From the NCBI RefSeq assembly GCF_902713615.1, contig NW_024056012.1:62001-126000 (forward strand): a stretch of DNA of 64,000 nt. The letters are read 5' to 3'. The notes beneath the pieces were generated by a model. The model ran no database searches and was not told the DNA's origin. It saw nothing but the letters and a program-made list of their open reading frames with translations. The first letter of the stretch is position 1. Each line of letters starts with the position of its first letter. Source of the stretch: Scyliorhinus canicula. Lineage: Eukaryota. Both the position numbers and the translations under genes were made by a program. This document shows, piece by piece, positions 24,537 to 37,689 of the stretch.

Positions 24537-25616
24537 TAACAAAGAGATGAGAACCCTGCACCCTGCTCACTCGATATGGGGACTGCAGAGACATGTAGCG
24601 AATGGGCTTTAGAAGTGAGTGTGATACAAGCAAAATCAATTAAAAGGTTCTTCCTTATGGACTTAAAACATATGCTTTATTGTTGTTAATAATCTAATTT
24701 GAAGATAATCCTCAGTAGAAACACATAAATCATTGGGTGATACATTGGCTTACTGGAATTTGGTTACCATCATTGTTTGATGTTTAGGGAACCTTCAGGC
24801 CTTCCATTGTTCCGAAATTAACATTCCAAATGTATCAGTTTGGGTATATCAGTTTATTTCGTTAAGCTATTTATGCAAATAACAAGTACCTTACAAATGA
24901 TGTAGGCACGTTGAGGCAAATGAGCTCGCATCAATCCGAAATAGCAAGTGCAGCAAAAGCAGTGTAATGGTAAATGCATCAGATGCGGTAATAAAAACAT
25001 CAAAGTAATTAACCCCGTAATAAGTTGCCACAATAAAATCTCCCCAATATTCGAGAATAAATCGAGAATCGCCGTTTCACAGAGAATATTCCACTAGATG
25101 GCGCGCTAGCACATTATCTGTGTCCAAAATTTACAATGCCGCCAGTTCACCGCCGTTACAGCTGACAGCTGAGGAATACAGGAAATGTCTATGCTTCGTG
25201 TCATTTCCCGGTAAACGATATGTATTTAGTGCAAGAGCCAATATATGAATTACAGAAGCTCTGACACAGAGCACGTTTCTGGGACTCAGCATCTGGAATC
25301 TAGTCCCACTCCAGGACTTTCTGGTCCGTAGCCTGGTTAAACGGATCGATGATCAGCTGTAAATTCTTCCATTATGCCCAATTACGGGTCGTAAGAGCTG
25401 TAGGGTTTTCTGGTCAAACAAACTGCAGGAGGCGATTGAAACTACTGCAGTCAAGTATAATCATCGAATGTTAGAATTGAAAATTTGAGAGATCACCTCG
25501 ATTTCAGGCTCCAATTCAGACTCGCCCCTAATCGCAATGTCTGCCTAACGCTATGTGATGTTTATCGCCGCTCTGACAGTTTTTGTACAGGTTCAACCCA
25601 GTTCTGTATCTCTGTG

Positions 25617-26511
25617 GGGCGGAACGCGCAGTAATACACCGCGGAGTCTGTCAGCTCTGTATTAGTCACATTCAGCGGGACGGTGCGGATTGTATCATTT
25701 AGCTCCGCTGAGAAACGGCCCCCAGGGGATATCTCTGTGTTTTTGATGTATTTACTTCTCCGCAGCATATACTCCATGGACCCGCTTGGGTACTGACGGT
25801 ACCAGAATAGATAAGGATCTGTGCTGCCTGTAGCTGGATAATTACAGAATAACTTCACATCTTCTCCTTCATTAACTGTGACAGCAGCCGGTGTCTGTGA
25901 AACGGGGTCTCCTCGACAATGTCCTGTAAGAACCCAGAGATATTAAATTACACAATGTGACTTCACCATGTTTCCCAGATTTTTTCCGTCATCCTGAATA
26001 TTACGCCCAGAGAGAAATCAGACAACAGAACAGAAATATATTTTTCACAGCTCAGTGGCTGTGACGGGAAGCTGATTGTGTCCATTAAATAAATCTTGTA
26101 TCATAAAGATTCAGTTCTTTCTAACGAGGTCCGGTCCTCGGCTTCAGTCACTGTAACTGGAAGCGGAAAGTACTAACGGCCAATCTGTTTGACAGTCTGC
26201 TGTTTGTCAAGGTCATTCACTGGGACGAGAGGAACTTCAATCTCAGCCCAACTCTACTGCTCTCATTCCCCCGGGGAAACGTGGCGACTTCCAGCAAACA
26301 GTGTTCCGTGTTCAGACCAGCGCGATCCGGATGACTTTTCCATGTTGGGGTCAATCACTTTGTCCGACCACCCACACCCTTGTATTGAGCGAACCGCCTG
26401 ACAGAATGTAATGTGTAGAAAAGCTGTGACATAAAGAGTTGAGCAACTTGTGAACTTACCGCTTAAAAGAGCGGCCGCTGAGATGAATAAATACAAAATA
26501 ACAGGCGACAT
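25617..26511 (-). CDS. TRAV/TRDV-like segment V3, apparently functional (leader 26511-26460, V exon 25923-25617)
   Basis: MSPVILYLFISAAALLS|GTAAGT; DPVSQTPAAVTVNEGEDVKLFC..FWYRQYP..DSAVYYCAFRP; RSS CACAGAG-23-ACAAAAACT (25616-25578). Confidence 0.92.
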
Positions 26512-29500
26512 GTTTGCAGAAAGTTTGCGGCGGTTTCAACAGAATGAGACAGCTGAGCTTGAAATTGTTTCAGTCAAGAGTGGAGAAGATGTTGAGTCAC
26601 TTCTGGGTTAATGTTGATTGGTACATTACCGAAAACGTCATCGGGTGACATCCAATCAGCTTCAAGCTCCTTTGTTCTTCAGTTCAAACAATGATCTCAC
26701 AGTTCCTTTGATCTTCAATTAATCCGATTGGCGCAGAGCGAAATGAACAAAGTGAATTGGTCATATGGCAACAGAGATTTGGACTGGAATCAAACCGAGT
26801 GTTGACCCAACTTTAACACATTCAACCCGTCATGCGGATTGAATGTAAACTGCGAGTGGTCCAGTAACAGTGCTGAAGGACCCAATTAAAATAGCTACTC
26901 TCTGACGATGAGAACTCGCCGCAGCTGATCGAGGCAGCCAGCGGGCCCTGAGGGATTTGAATAGAACAATACGATAAATAGACACGGCACGTTTTAACTG
27001 AGTTAGATGGTGGAGAGGGGAGGATGGCTGTTTGTTGTATTCTATATAAATGTTTCTGGATCATACCTCTCCAGTCACCTGAAGAAGCTGCTGCGCTCCG
27101 AAAGCTCGTGTTTGAAACAAACCTGTTGGACTTTAACCTGGTGTTGTCAGACTTCTTACTGTGCTCACCCCAGTCCAACGCCGGCATCTCCACATCATGT
27201 TGTATTTGTGAGCAATAGGAATGTGTGTTCGCAGGACGGGCTCAGTGAACTTGGGATGAGTTGATAATTAGAAATCTTTACAGATTACTGATTTTAAAAA
27301 TAATTGTTTTTCCAGGAAATTAATAGTTAACCAACAGGACCACTGACATCCACTGGAAATGGATGGCTGCACTTAGAACAATGTCATTCAATAAACTGGT
27401 CAAGTCTCCTTTCACCGCATCTTCCGAACCCACAAACTCTTCCATGTAGAAGGACAGGGACAACAGACACATGGGACACCATCACCTGCAAGTTTTTCTC
27501 CAAGACACACACTCTCCTCACTTGGAAATATATCGCCCTTCCTTTAGTTTCGCGGGGCCAGCATCACTTCACAAATTGTCTCTTATGCTTTCCTGGAGCG
27601 GATTGAAAAATGGAAATGTCAGGAAGGAGAAATGCATAAAAGCGAGAAATAATGAATGTGAAATCTAAAACAAAAAGGGAGGCAAGGAACAGCTTAATTA
27701 TAATCACCTATTGTCACAAGTAGGCTTCAATGAAGTTACTGTGAAAACCTCTAGTCGCCACATTCCGATGCCTGTTCGGGGAGGCCGGTACGGGAATTGA
27801 ACTGCATTCACAAGCCAGTTAGTTAGCCCACTGTGCTAAACCACTCTGCTAAACCAGAAATAAAGCAAAAATGCATTTCCTTCGAACTCACTGCTGTTTT
27901 ATTTGCGCCTATTTAAAATGTCGAATTGTTTGGAACACGTTTCTCAATCAAAGGCCGCTGTAAACCACCTACCCCATTGATGAACTTGCGCTTTATTGGT
28001 GATCCGGACCGTGTATAGTTCCCGAATCGCCGTCAGAGGGCGCTCTGGTCACATATGGTCCCAATTCCTAACTGGAAGTATTGAAATAAACATTGTGGTG
28101 CCCTCGCCATGGGCTGCCAGGCTGCAGCCTCATGTCGCTGTTCAGACTCTGAACCGCCTTACCTGGTCTGCATTATTGGAGATGTTGCTGCCGATGTTCC
28201 TTTTGAGTTTTGATTGTATCACTTTTTAAATTAATTTATGGGATGTGGGTTTCGCTGGCTAGACTAGAATTTATTGCCCATCCCCAGTTTCCTTTCAGAA
28301 GGTAGTGGTGAGTTACCTTCTTGACCCACTGCAGCCCTTCAGGTGTAGGTAAAACCACAGTGCTGTTAGAGAGACATTCCAGGATGTTTCCCCAGCGACA
28401 GTGAAGGAATGGTGATATGTTTCCCAGTCAGGGTGGTAAGTCACTTGCAGGGGAGCCTCCAGGTGGTGGGATTCCCAGATACCTGCTGCTCGTGTCCTTC
28501 CAGATGGTAGTGGCCGTGGGTTTGGAAGATGCTGAGTGAGGGATATTGGTGAGTTCCTGCAGTGCATCTTGTAAATGGAAAGCAATGCAATGGCCGGGGA
28601 TCGGTATTACTGTTGCAGTAGAAAATTCCCTAAACTCTGACTGGCGGAGAATGAACCATAGCTCACCACTTTACATCATTATATCATATTAGTCATCGGT
28701 TCATTCCTAGATTTGAATATCTGTTGACTTCCTAACTCATGTAACTCAAATTTAATTGTTGGTTAACTAATAAGTAGTTAATTTTTATTCCTCATTTGGA
28801 CGTTGGTGGCATGGACAGTATTTGATGTCCATCAGAATAGCTCTTTATCCGAGAGGCTACAGAGGGAAACTAAGCGTCAAGGAGATTTGTGTGGATTTAG
28901 AGTTACATGTCCATCACTGCCCTGATGTGACAGTTGCAAGTCGTGGGATGTTCAGTTTGAGCGGTCCTGACTTGATGTTCGGAGAAGAAACAAAGGATTT
29001 GCAACATCTTCCTATCTATTCTATCTATGTCCTTCATCTTTTAGTACACATCCATGAGGTCACAATCAGGCTGCTCTGCTTTAAGGAGAACAATCCCAAC
29101 CTAACCGGCCTCGCTTCTTGGCTCAAACGTTTGTGTGAATCTCCTCTGCACCCTTTCGAGTGCAATCATGTTGTTCCTAGAGTGTGGCGACCAGAATGCC
29201 AGACAGCACTGGAGCTGCGGCTAAACCAACTTTCTACGCAGCTCCCTTCTCTTATATTCTATGCCTCGGCTAGTAAAGGCTTTCCCGAAAGACTTTTTAC
29301 TACGTTATGGAATCATAGAATCTCTACAGTGTAGGAGGTCATTCGTTCCATACTGTGGGTCAGCAGTCTATCACCAACGGTGTTAGTGTTAGTAAATTAT
29401 TCAGCACTGAGCGAAATCTTCATCAGTGATATAGATGGAAACGAGGACCGATTGGCTGATTGGGATGGTTCTGAATAGATGTCCAAGGTATCAGAGAAAA

Positions 29501-29735
29501 AGCTTCAAATGTTTATATTAAGGCATGAAAAAGGAAATGCACATGACTTCCAGAAATACATAAAGTAGGGACAAACGTCGGAGTGTTGCTTTTGTTGCAA
29601 TTTGAAGAATCTCCCTGTCACTCTCACTGTGGAAACTGACTTTCCCGCGTCAGTGCGCGTGCCATCTGCCGAACACTAACATGAACTGTCAATGAGAGTT
29701 TTTGTACGGATCCGCTATATCTCCGCAGCAGTGTG

Positions 29736-30233
29736 GGCTTCATAGCACATAAATACACGGCGCTGTCCGAGATTAGTGTTTTACGGATTGTTAGCTCGGT
29801 AGTCTTGTTTTTTTTCTCAAATGAAGAAGAAAAGCGATCACTGAGGTCGGTGACCCTTTGCACAGTACCTCCAACAAGCTGAAACATGTACACTGGCGCT
29901 TTCCCGGAGTGTTGACTGTACCAGTACACATACGGGCTGAGATTGCTTGTTTTCAAGTTGCAGGTCAGTGTGACATTACTGTCCTCTTTAACCGTTGTTT
30001 CAGAATCCGGTTGCTCTACTGAATCTTGCTGGCTGGATTCTAACAGAAAGAATAGTAAAATCAACATTCAGTATCTGTCTCATATTAATCAACACACCCA
30101 TCAGCTCCACCATCAATATTATTTTATAAACAATAACATCAGGGTAACAGCAGTCGGAGAGGAGAATGGAGTTTTACTGGGACTTACTGAGAAGTGAGAT
30201 AATGATGAGGAGATAAGCGAGACTGATCCCCAT
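29736..30233 (-). CDS. TRAV/TRDV-like segment V4, apparently functional (leader 30233-30188, V exon 30039-29736)
   Basis: MGISLAYLLIIISLL|GTAAGT; DSVEQPDS..VTLTC..YWYSQ..DSAVYLCAMKP; RSS CACACTG-23-ACAAAAACT (29735-29697). Confidence 0.92.
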
Positions 30234-31779
30234 GATCCGTCCTGAGTCTGTAACTGTGCAGTGAGAGAAATCTTCTGTCAGAGACAGAAATACAGATCCC
30301 CGTCACACTGCACTGATGATCCAGCCAATGACAGAGGCAGTAGTCTCTCCAATTTGACAATCGGGTCAGAGCGAGAGCAGCGAACGGAAGCTGTGGGCGG
30401 GGAGACCGCAAACTCAATGTTGAGTGACGTGTGCGGTAGTTTCAGCTGCTCTCGGAGCGGAAACAGTGAGTGTTGAATCTCCAGAGGCCGCCACTATCCT
30501 GCACCTGCTCACTGTTCAAGAAATAGAGCGGGAGAGACAGAACGGGACCAGGGAAATGAAGACAGTGGATTCAGATTAGACTAGAGCAGGGATTGAGGAA
30601 GCTCCGTTTCTGCTGCCTCGCCTCTGACAGAATTACTCGATTCGTCTTTCAAACCCCGCCTCTTCTAAACAGCACGCTTTTTCGTCAATTTTCAAATTTT
30701 CTCACATTCCATTCTAAAAGTTACTATTGAATTTACTTCTGCCCATCCCAGTGGACTCAGCCTTCCAGGGATTCACAAACCGCCGAGTTATAAATTATTC
30801 TAACTTCTTCATCGCCTTTTCCCCTCCTGAGCTAGGCGCTTGTGTTTTCCAATGTGCCAGCGGAAACTGTAACGTGCGGCCAACTCTAATAAAACCCCAC
30901 CGTTTTCAGCACCGCAGTTCAGGCTGTCCTTTTCCTTCTTTGATATCAGCAGATGAAGTTGGTGTCACAGTTCCCACCTCTGAGCCAGAGGCTGCGGTTT
31001 CAAGTCCCACGGCCAAACCTTGTGGCTACGTAACGTGATTTGAGGGGATATTAGAGCCTTTACCACCACGGTCCATAGCTCCAGGCAATAGCACGAATAT
31101 AAGTGAATGTTGCCACAGTAATTCGGACTGCTCAGTGGGTGGAGGGTTTGAACTGAGCTTGGGCTGTTGCCAGCAGCAGAGTGCCAGTTTCCATTTCGGG
31201 CTGCAGTAGATTTGGGACTTGCCTCGTTTTGTCGTGGCTAGGCCTGTTTAGCTCAGTGGGCTGAACAGCGCGGGTTCAATTCCCCTACCGGCTGAGGTTA
31301 TTCAGAAAGACCCCACCTTCTCAACCTCGCCTGGTGTGGTGATCCTCAGATTAAATCACCAATTAAAAAAGTGCAGATTTCATATCATTTGTGGCTGAAC
31401 TTGTAAGGGCTTCAATTTAGATTTCTGGGAGACGTTGTCTGTTATTGTGTCTGCCCGGATCACAGTGGTTAGCACTGTGGCTTCACAGCGCCAGGATCCC
31501 AGGTTCGATTCCCAGCTTGGGTCACTGTCTGCGCGGAGTCTGCACGTTCTCCCTGCCTCTGCGTGGGTTTCCTCCCGATGCTCCGGAATTCTGCCTCAGC
31601 GTGCCCGAACAGGAGCCGGAATGTGGCGACTAAGGAATTTTCACTGTAAATTTATTGCCGTGTTAATATAATACTACTTGTGACAATAATAAACAATATT
31701 ATTATTATATTTCTGCTCTGATATGTAAACCGGTAAACAGGAAATATACTCAGTCGTCCCATTCTTAACAAGATTGCAC

Positions 31780-33215
31780 AGAAACCACCAGAAGAGGGCG
31801 CCACGATCAAGCATGCGCATCACAAAGTCACGTGAGACTAACGCCAATGCCAATAGGAATGGCGGCCTGACTGGGGTCACAATGGGCCTGCAGTGTGTGG
31901 GTGGAGATGATCTGAACAGAGTCTGGGTTCTCTCTCTGCTCCTCAATGCCGGCACGTCATCCCAATTCACTGAGACTGAGTTAGTCAGACATGTTTCCCT
32001 TAATACCGGCCCCGCTGTTCATGGAGACAGTTTAGCAGACTGATGCCAAACATTCGGTTGGTAGTACGGAACTTGCACGAGGAAGCATAATACGAATTAC
32101 GAGGACAATCACTGTATAATTGTCAGTCCGGCACGCAGGACGGCGGATCTGCTGTTTTGAACGCTACACATATTAATGCATAATGCCTTGTTCTGTTCAG
32201 ACAGAGATGCCCAATACACACTTTGCTCCTTTTTGAGCTGAACAAATAACTTGCAGACATTCGTGGAAGCATTCCTCAGGGCAAAGTCTTGACCAATCTT
32301 GGTCATGCTGTCTGGTTTAAATTTCAAACAGTTAGATAGATAGATAGAACAGTACAGCACAGAACAGGCCCTTCGGCCCTCGATGTTGTGCCGAGCAATG
32401 ATCACCCTACTTAAACCCACGTAACCCGTATACCCGTAACCCAACAATCCCCCCATTAACCTTACACTACGGGCAATTTAGCATGGCCAATCCACCTAAC
32501 CCGCACATCTTTGGACTGTGGGAGGAAACCGGAGCACCCGGAGGAAACCCACGCACACACAGGGAGGACGTGCAGACTCCACACAGACAGTGACCCAGCC
32601 GGGAATCGCACCTGGGACCCTGGAGCTGTGAAGCATTGATGCTAACCACCATGCTACCGTGAGTTCTTGGCATTTAACTGTCAGTCACTGATGCATTCTC
32701 CATGCCAACGCCTCGACTAATCAGAGTCTACTTGCCAAACAATCAGCATACTTGTCATGTGGTGTACATTGTTGTTTTCCATTTATAGCAGTGTTCTTGC
32801 GAAGTGTCCGGATGAGTGCAAGACGAGAGGTTCTATATGTATACTATATATATACCTACAGATCAGTCTAATTTGATCATGTTTAACATTGTGCTCATTT
32901 GCTGCTCTACATTCATCCACAGACTATTTACAGATCCAACACCTCATTCTCAGAAGGCAGTAACTTTGTCTGAAGGAGTAGATTGCGAACATATAGCCCA
33001 AGGTAATTACAACATGCACTGATATTGACAGGAACCGGCAGACTCTCCAAAATGGATTAACTGAAATGCAAAAGGATTTAATGGAGAATTAATCTGCGGA
33101 CAATGTCTGGCGACGGCTGACAAGTTCAAAACATCTGGTTGCCTCAATATTATTAGACAGAGTGCCTCATGACCATGCAGTGAGGCACAGCATCAGAGAA
33201 AAGCCAAGACTCTAC
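31780..33215 (+). pseudogene. V5-family pseudogene (promoter and leader ~31780-32025, V exon ~32922-33185) with a SINE in the intron
   Basis: Upstream sequence and agtcagacATGTTT match the V5 leader region; V exon has stops and ends gcagtgagg-CACAGCA. Confidence 0.7.
32330..32665 (-). mobile_element. Shark SINE with CR1-like tail
   Basis: Reverse-strand head, core and tail. Confidence 0.85.
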
Positions 33216-33699
33216 AATTCAAGTGATTACTTACAGCTACACTCGGTATTATTTATCTGCGGAGTTGGTTTCATTCCAGACCCACGAAGGACAAATTCTG
33301 TCAGGTTTCTACACCAGGCAGACGTACTGCTTTCTTTTTTTTGTCCCAAAGAATAGGGAAGCGCCCTGGGAAATCTTGTGTCTGATTTCCATGTTCTGAG
33401 CTGTTTTGTCTTAGTCAATATCTCGGAGCTTCTCCAGGGGAATGATGGAGCAATGCATGTAGAGAAAGCTCTAGCTGAACACGATGGGCCGTCCTTCCAT
33501 AAACAGTAACTCAGGCAGATTGAGAAAAATGGGTGCGCTGTAACAATAACATAGAATAGATAAAAATCCCTGATTCAACATGAGACGTCCAATCACATTT
33601 TAAACACAGACTCACCGAGGAGCAGGACAATTGTTATTAACACGGAGAACATGCGGAGTATATGGTGTCTGCTTTAGAATGGGACAGACAACCAGACAA

Positions 33700-35650
33700 T
33701 TCTCAAGCTATAAAGAAGAGTAAGATAGAGTATGAGAGTAAACTTGCTCAGAATATAAAAACAGACAGTAAACGTTTTTACAAATATATAAGACAAAAAA
33801 GAGTGGCTAAGGTAAATATTGGTCCTTTAGAGGATGAGAAGGGAGTTTTAATAATGGGAAGTGAGGAAATGGCTGAGGAACTGAACAGGTTTTTTGGGTC
33901 GGTCTTCACAGTGGAAGACACAAATAACATGCCAGCGAATGATAGAAATGAGGCTATGACAGGTGAGGACCTTGAGAGGATTGTTATCACTAAGGAGGGA
34001 GTGATGGGCAAGCTAATGGGGCTATAGGTAGACAAGTCTCCTGGCCCTGATGGAATGCATCCCAGAGTGCTAAAAGAGATGGCTAGGGAAATTGCAGATG
34101 CACTAGTGATAATTTACCGAAATTCACTAGACTCTGGGGTGGTCCCAGTGGATTGGAAATTAGCAAACGTGACGCCACTGTTTAAAAAAGGAGGTAGGCA
34201 GAAAGCAGGAAATTATAGGCCAGTGAGTTTAACTTCGGTAATAGGGAAGATGCTGGAATCTATCATCAAGGAAGAAATTGCGAGGCATCTGGATAGAAAT
34301 TGTCCCATTGGGCAGACGCAGCATGGGTTCGTTAAAGGCAGGTCATGCCTAACTAATTTAGTGGAATTTTTTGAGGACATTACCAGTGCAGTAGATAACG
34401 GGGAGCCGATGGATGTGGTATATCTGGATTTCCAGAAAGCCTTTGACAAGGTGCCACACAAAAGGTTGCTGCATAAGATAAAGATGCATGGCATCAAGGG
34501 TAAAGTAGTAGCATGGATAGAGGATTGGTTAATTAATATAAAGCAAAGAGTTGGGATAAATGGGTGTTTCTCTGGTTGGCAGTCAGTAGCTAGTGGTGTC
34601 CCTCAGGGATCCGTGTTGGGCCCACAATTGTCCACAATTTACATTGATGATTTGGAGTTGGGGACCAAGGGCAATGTGTCCAAGTTTGCAGATGACACTA
34701 AGATGAGTGGTAAAGCGAAAAGTGCAGAGGATACTGGAAGTCTGCAGAGGGATTTGGATAGGTTAAGTGAATGGGCTCGGGTCTGGCAGATGGAATACAA
34801 TGTTGACAAATGTGAGGTTATCCATTTTGGTAGGAATAACAGCAATTATTATTATTATTATTTAATTATTATTATTTAAACGATAAAATATTAAAGCATG
34901 CCGCTGTTCAGAGAGACTTGGGTGTGCTAGTGCATGAGTCACAGAAGGTTGGTTTACAAGTGCAACAGGTGATTAAGAAGGCAAATTGAATTTTGTCCTT
35001 CATTGCTAGAGGGATGGAGTTTAAGACTAGGGAGGTTATGTTGCAATTGTATAAGGTGTTAGTGCGGCCACACCTGGAGTATTGTGTTCAGTTTTGGTCT
35101 CCTTACTTGAGAAAGGACGTACTGGCGCTGGAGGGTGTGCAGAGGAGATTCACTAGGTTAATCCCAGAGCTGAAGGGGTTGGATTATGAGGAGAGGTTGA
35201 GTAGACTAGGACTGTACTCGTTGGAATTTAGAAGGATGAGGGGGGATCTTATAGAAACATTTAAAATTATGAAGGGAATAGATAGGATAGATGCGGGCAG
35301 GTTGTTTCCACTGGCGGGTGACAGCAGAACTAGGGGGCATAGCCTCAAAATAAGGGGAAGTAGATTTAGGACTGAGTTTAGGAGGAACTTCTTCACCCAA
35401 AGGGTTGTGAATCTATGGAATTCCTTGCCCAGTGAAGCAGTTGAGGCTCCTTCATTACATGTTTTTAAGGTAAAGATAGATAGTTTTTTGAAGAATAAAG
35501 GGATTAAGGGTTATGGTGTTCGGGCCGGAAAGTGGAGTTGAGTCCACAAAAGATCAGCCATGATCTAATTGAATGGCGGAGCAGGCTCGAGGGGCCAGAT
35601 GGCCTACTCCTGCTCCTAGTTCTTATGTTCTTATGTTCTTATGTTCTTAA
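33700..35650 (+). mobile_element. 5'-truncated CR1 LINE, RT interrupted by an AT-rich (TTA)n tract and a stop
   Basis: RT motifs in ORFs 33662-34027, 34055-34879 and 34993-35541; tail (ttcttatg)n. Confidence 0.95.
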
Positions 35651-35843
35651 TGTTGAACCTTCCTGTCTCTTATTTCAGAGAAAACTAAGATTCGAGGCAA
35701 GATTTACCAACTGGTGATGGAGAGACGTTTACCGTTGAATTTTACAAAATTCCTGATGCTCTGGTAATGGGATATGTTACAAATGGTCAGGATGACAGCG
35801 GACAGGTTTCTGCATGATCCAGACTGATCTTTGCTGCAATGTG

Positions 35844-36105
35844 TCTTTACTGCACAGAACTAGATGGCGGTGTCTTTCACTCGAGTGCCGCTAATATTCA
35901 GAGCGCTGGGTTTCTAAGCAGCAAGGAACTGAGCCGTATTCCTTTTCTGATCGCTGGACCCGAACTCCAGGTCTGGTCTGAGTATTGTCTGTACCAGTGT
36001 AGGATCAGTGTGGCTGTTGTGGTCGAACAGGTTAGTGAATACCGAGTGTTTCCCTCGGTAAAAACCACTGACTGAGGAGATTGTGATACCTCTCCATTTC
36101 TAGTT
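35844..36105 (-). pseudogene. TCR V pseudogene V10
   Basis: EVSQSPQSVVFTEG..LTC..HWYRQY then a frameshift; DTAI*FCAVK; RSS CACATTG-23-GCAGAAACC (35843-35805). Confidence 0.8.
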
Positions 36106-36744
36106 ACATTTGAAAGTAATAGAGAACAGAATAGAATCATAGAATACCTACTGTGCAGCGGAGGCCATTTGGCCCATCGAGTGTGCACCGACCATCTGAA
36201 ATAACATCCTGCTTAGTCCCACTCCCCCACCCTATTTCTGTAACGCCACCTAACCTTTGTACACTAAGGGGTAATTTAGAAAGGCCAATCCACCTAACCT
36301 GCGCATTTTCTAGATACTGTATATTATAATGACTGAATTATATAATAAAATACCACAAAATGTACTGCATTAAAACAACATAATAAATAAAATATTCTAC
36401 TGTAAAATAAAATTTATGACTCTTATTGACTTTTTAAGTTAGCTGCCGCTAGGTCCAAGACCGAGATAGGTTTCTGGAGAAGGAAGCGCTGTTGAATATC
36501 AAACTGAGCCCAAGGCCAGGTTCCAGTGTCGCCGCCAAATACGGGATTCGTGTTCAGACTATGAGGCTGTGAGGGAGATTCAGCATTGAGGCTTGTGGGG
36601 GAGTGGGTGCCGGTGTGACGTCAGACTGCAGCCTCTGTGACATCAATCGTCCAATACTGTGACGTCAGCATGCAGTCTCCATAACTGCATAAACCATAGA
36701 AGGCGTAGTTCAAATAATGGCGGAAGAAGATTCAACAAAACCTT

Positions 36745-37380
36745 TAGTTCTCAGTGAGTTGCGCAGTGAGCAGATGCAGGATGGTCACAGGCTGCTGCCG
36801 GTTCAACCCTCACTACTTCCGCTCCCTCACCAGAGACTGCAGTTGATAACCGCCGCATATTTCTTATCATCTTTGAGTCTCCGGTGTCCCCGGTCACCAG
36901 TTTCCGTTTGTTGATCTCGATTGTGATATTCTAGAAATTGCTGTCGCTGGTCGATCCCTGTCATTGGTTTGATCAACCGTGCAGTGGCTCCTGAATTTTT
37001 TAATTTCTGCTCTGATATATAATTCCCTGAGAGCAACTGAAGCAGGAGCTCGGGGAACCGCCTTTCAGGTCTCCTCATCATCATCTCACTTCTTGGTATT
37101 TTCCTCACGTAACACCCCCCCCCCCCCCCCACTCTCCCCTCACTTTGTAACCTGATATCATCGTTATTAAATAATGACGGTGGTGAGCGTGGCCGCTCTG
37201 TTGGTCAATACGGGGCTGATGTTAAAGTTTATTTTATTTTTTCTATTGTTTTCTGCCAGACTGGAGCCACCAAAACTTCGGGGAACAGCGGGGAGGCTGA
37301 AATAAGGGTTGAAGAGGACAGAGACGTCACTCAACAGATCACAATCAATAAAATGGATCCTGACAGGTACAGTCAGCAAT
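36745..37380 (+). pseudogene. V4-family pseudogene fragment (promoter, ATG-less leader, 5' V exon)
   Basis: Promoter module homologous to the V4 upstream region; LLIIISLL|GT leader; EQREAEIRVEEDRDVT resembles EQPDSETTVKEDSNVT. Confidence 0.7.
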
Positions 37381-37689
37381 TAACAGCAGTTCCATTGACA
37401 AATCATCCCGATTTCGTGGGAAAATATGATAGCGAATAATGTATTTATTCATAGTATTCCGATTAGTGAACATCTGGAACACGACGCGTAAAATGATGAC
37501 AGAAGAAGATTCAATAGCAAATTTCAAAAGGGGATTGTCATAATCTGAAAATGGAATACGGAATATTAGGGTGCGAAAGCCGATTGGGACAGCATTTTCA
37601 TATAGGCCGTGTACGGTAAGCCGAATGCTCATTCCGTTCCCTATTTGTTTATAACTCTGGGCGATTCATGCCAGTGTCCCGCTAATTAT

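Noticed and set aside
28822-29334. 170-aa ORF
   Set aside because: Overlaps decayed antisense CR1-like sequence; no recognisable domain.
36827-37132. Minus-strand ORF in the repeated module read as a novel protein family
   Set aside because: The frame is not conserved between copies; the sequence is the antisense of a V4-family promoter and leader.
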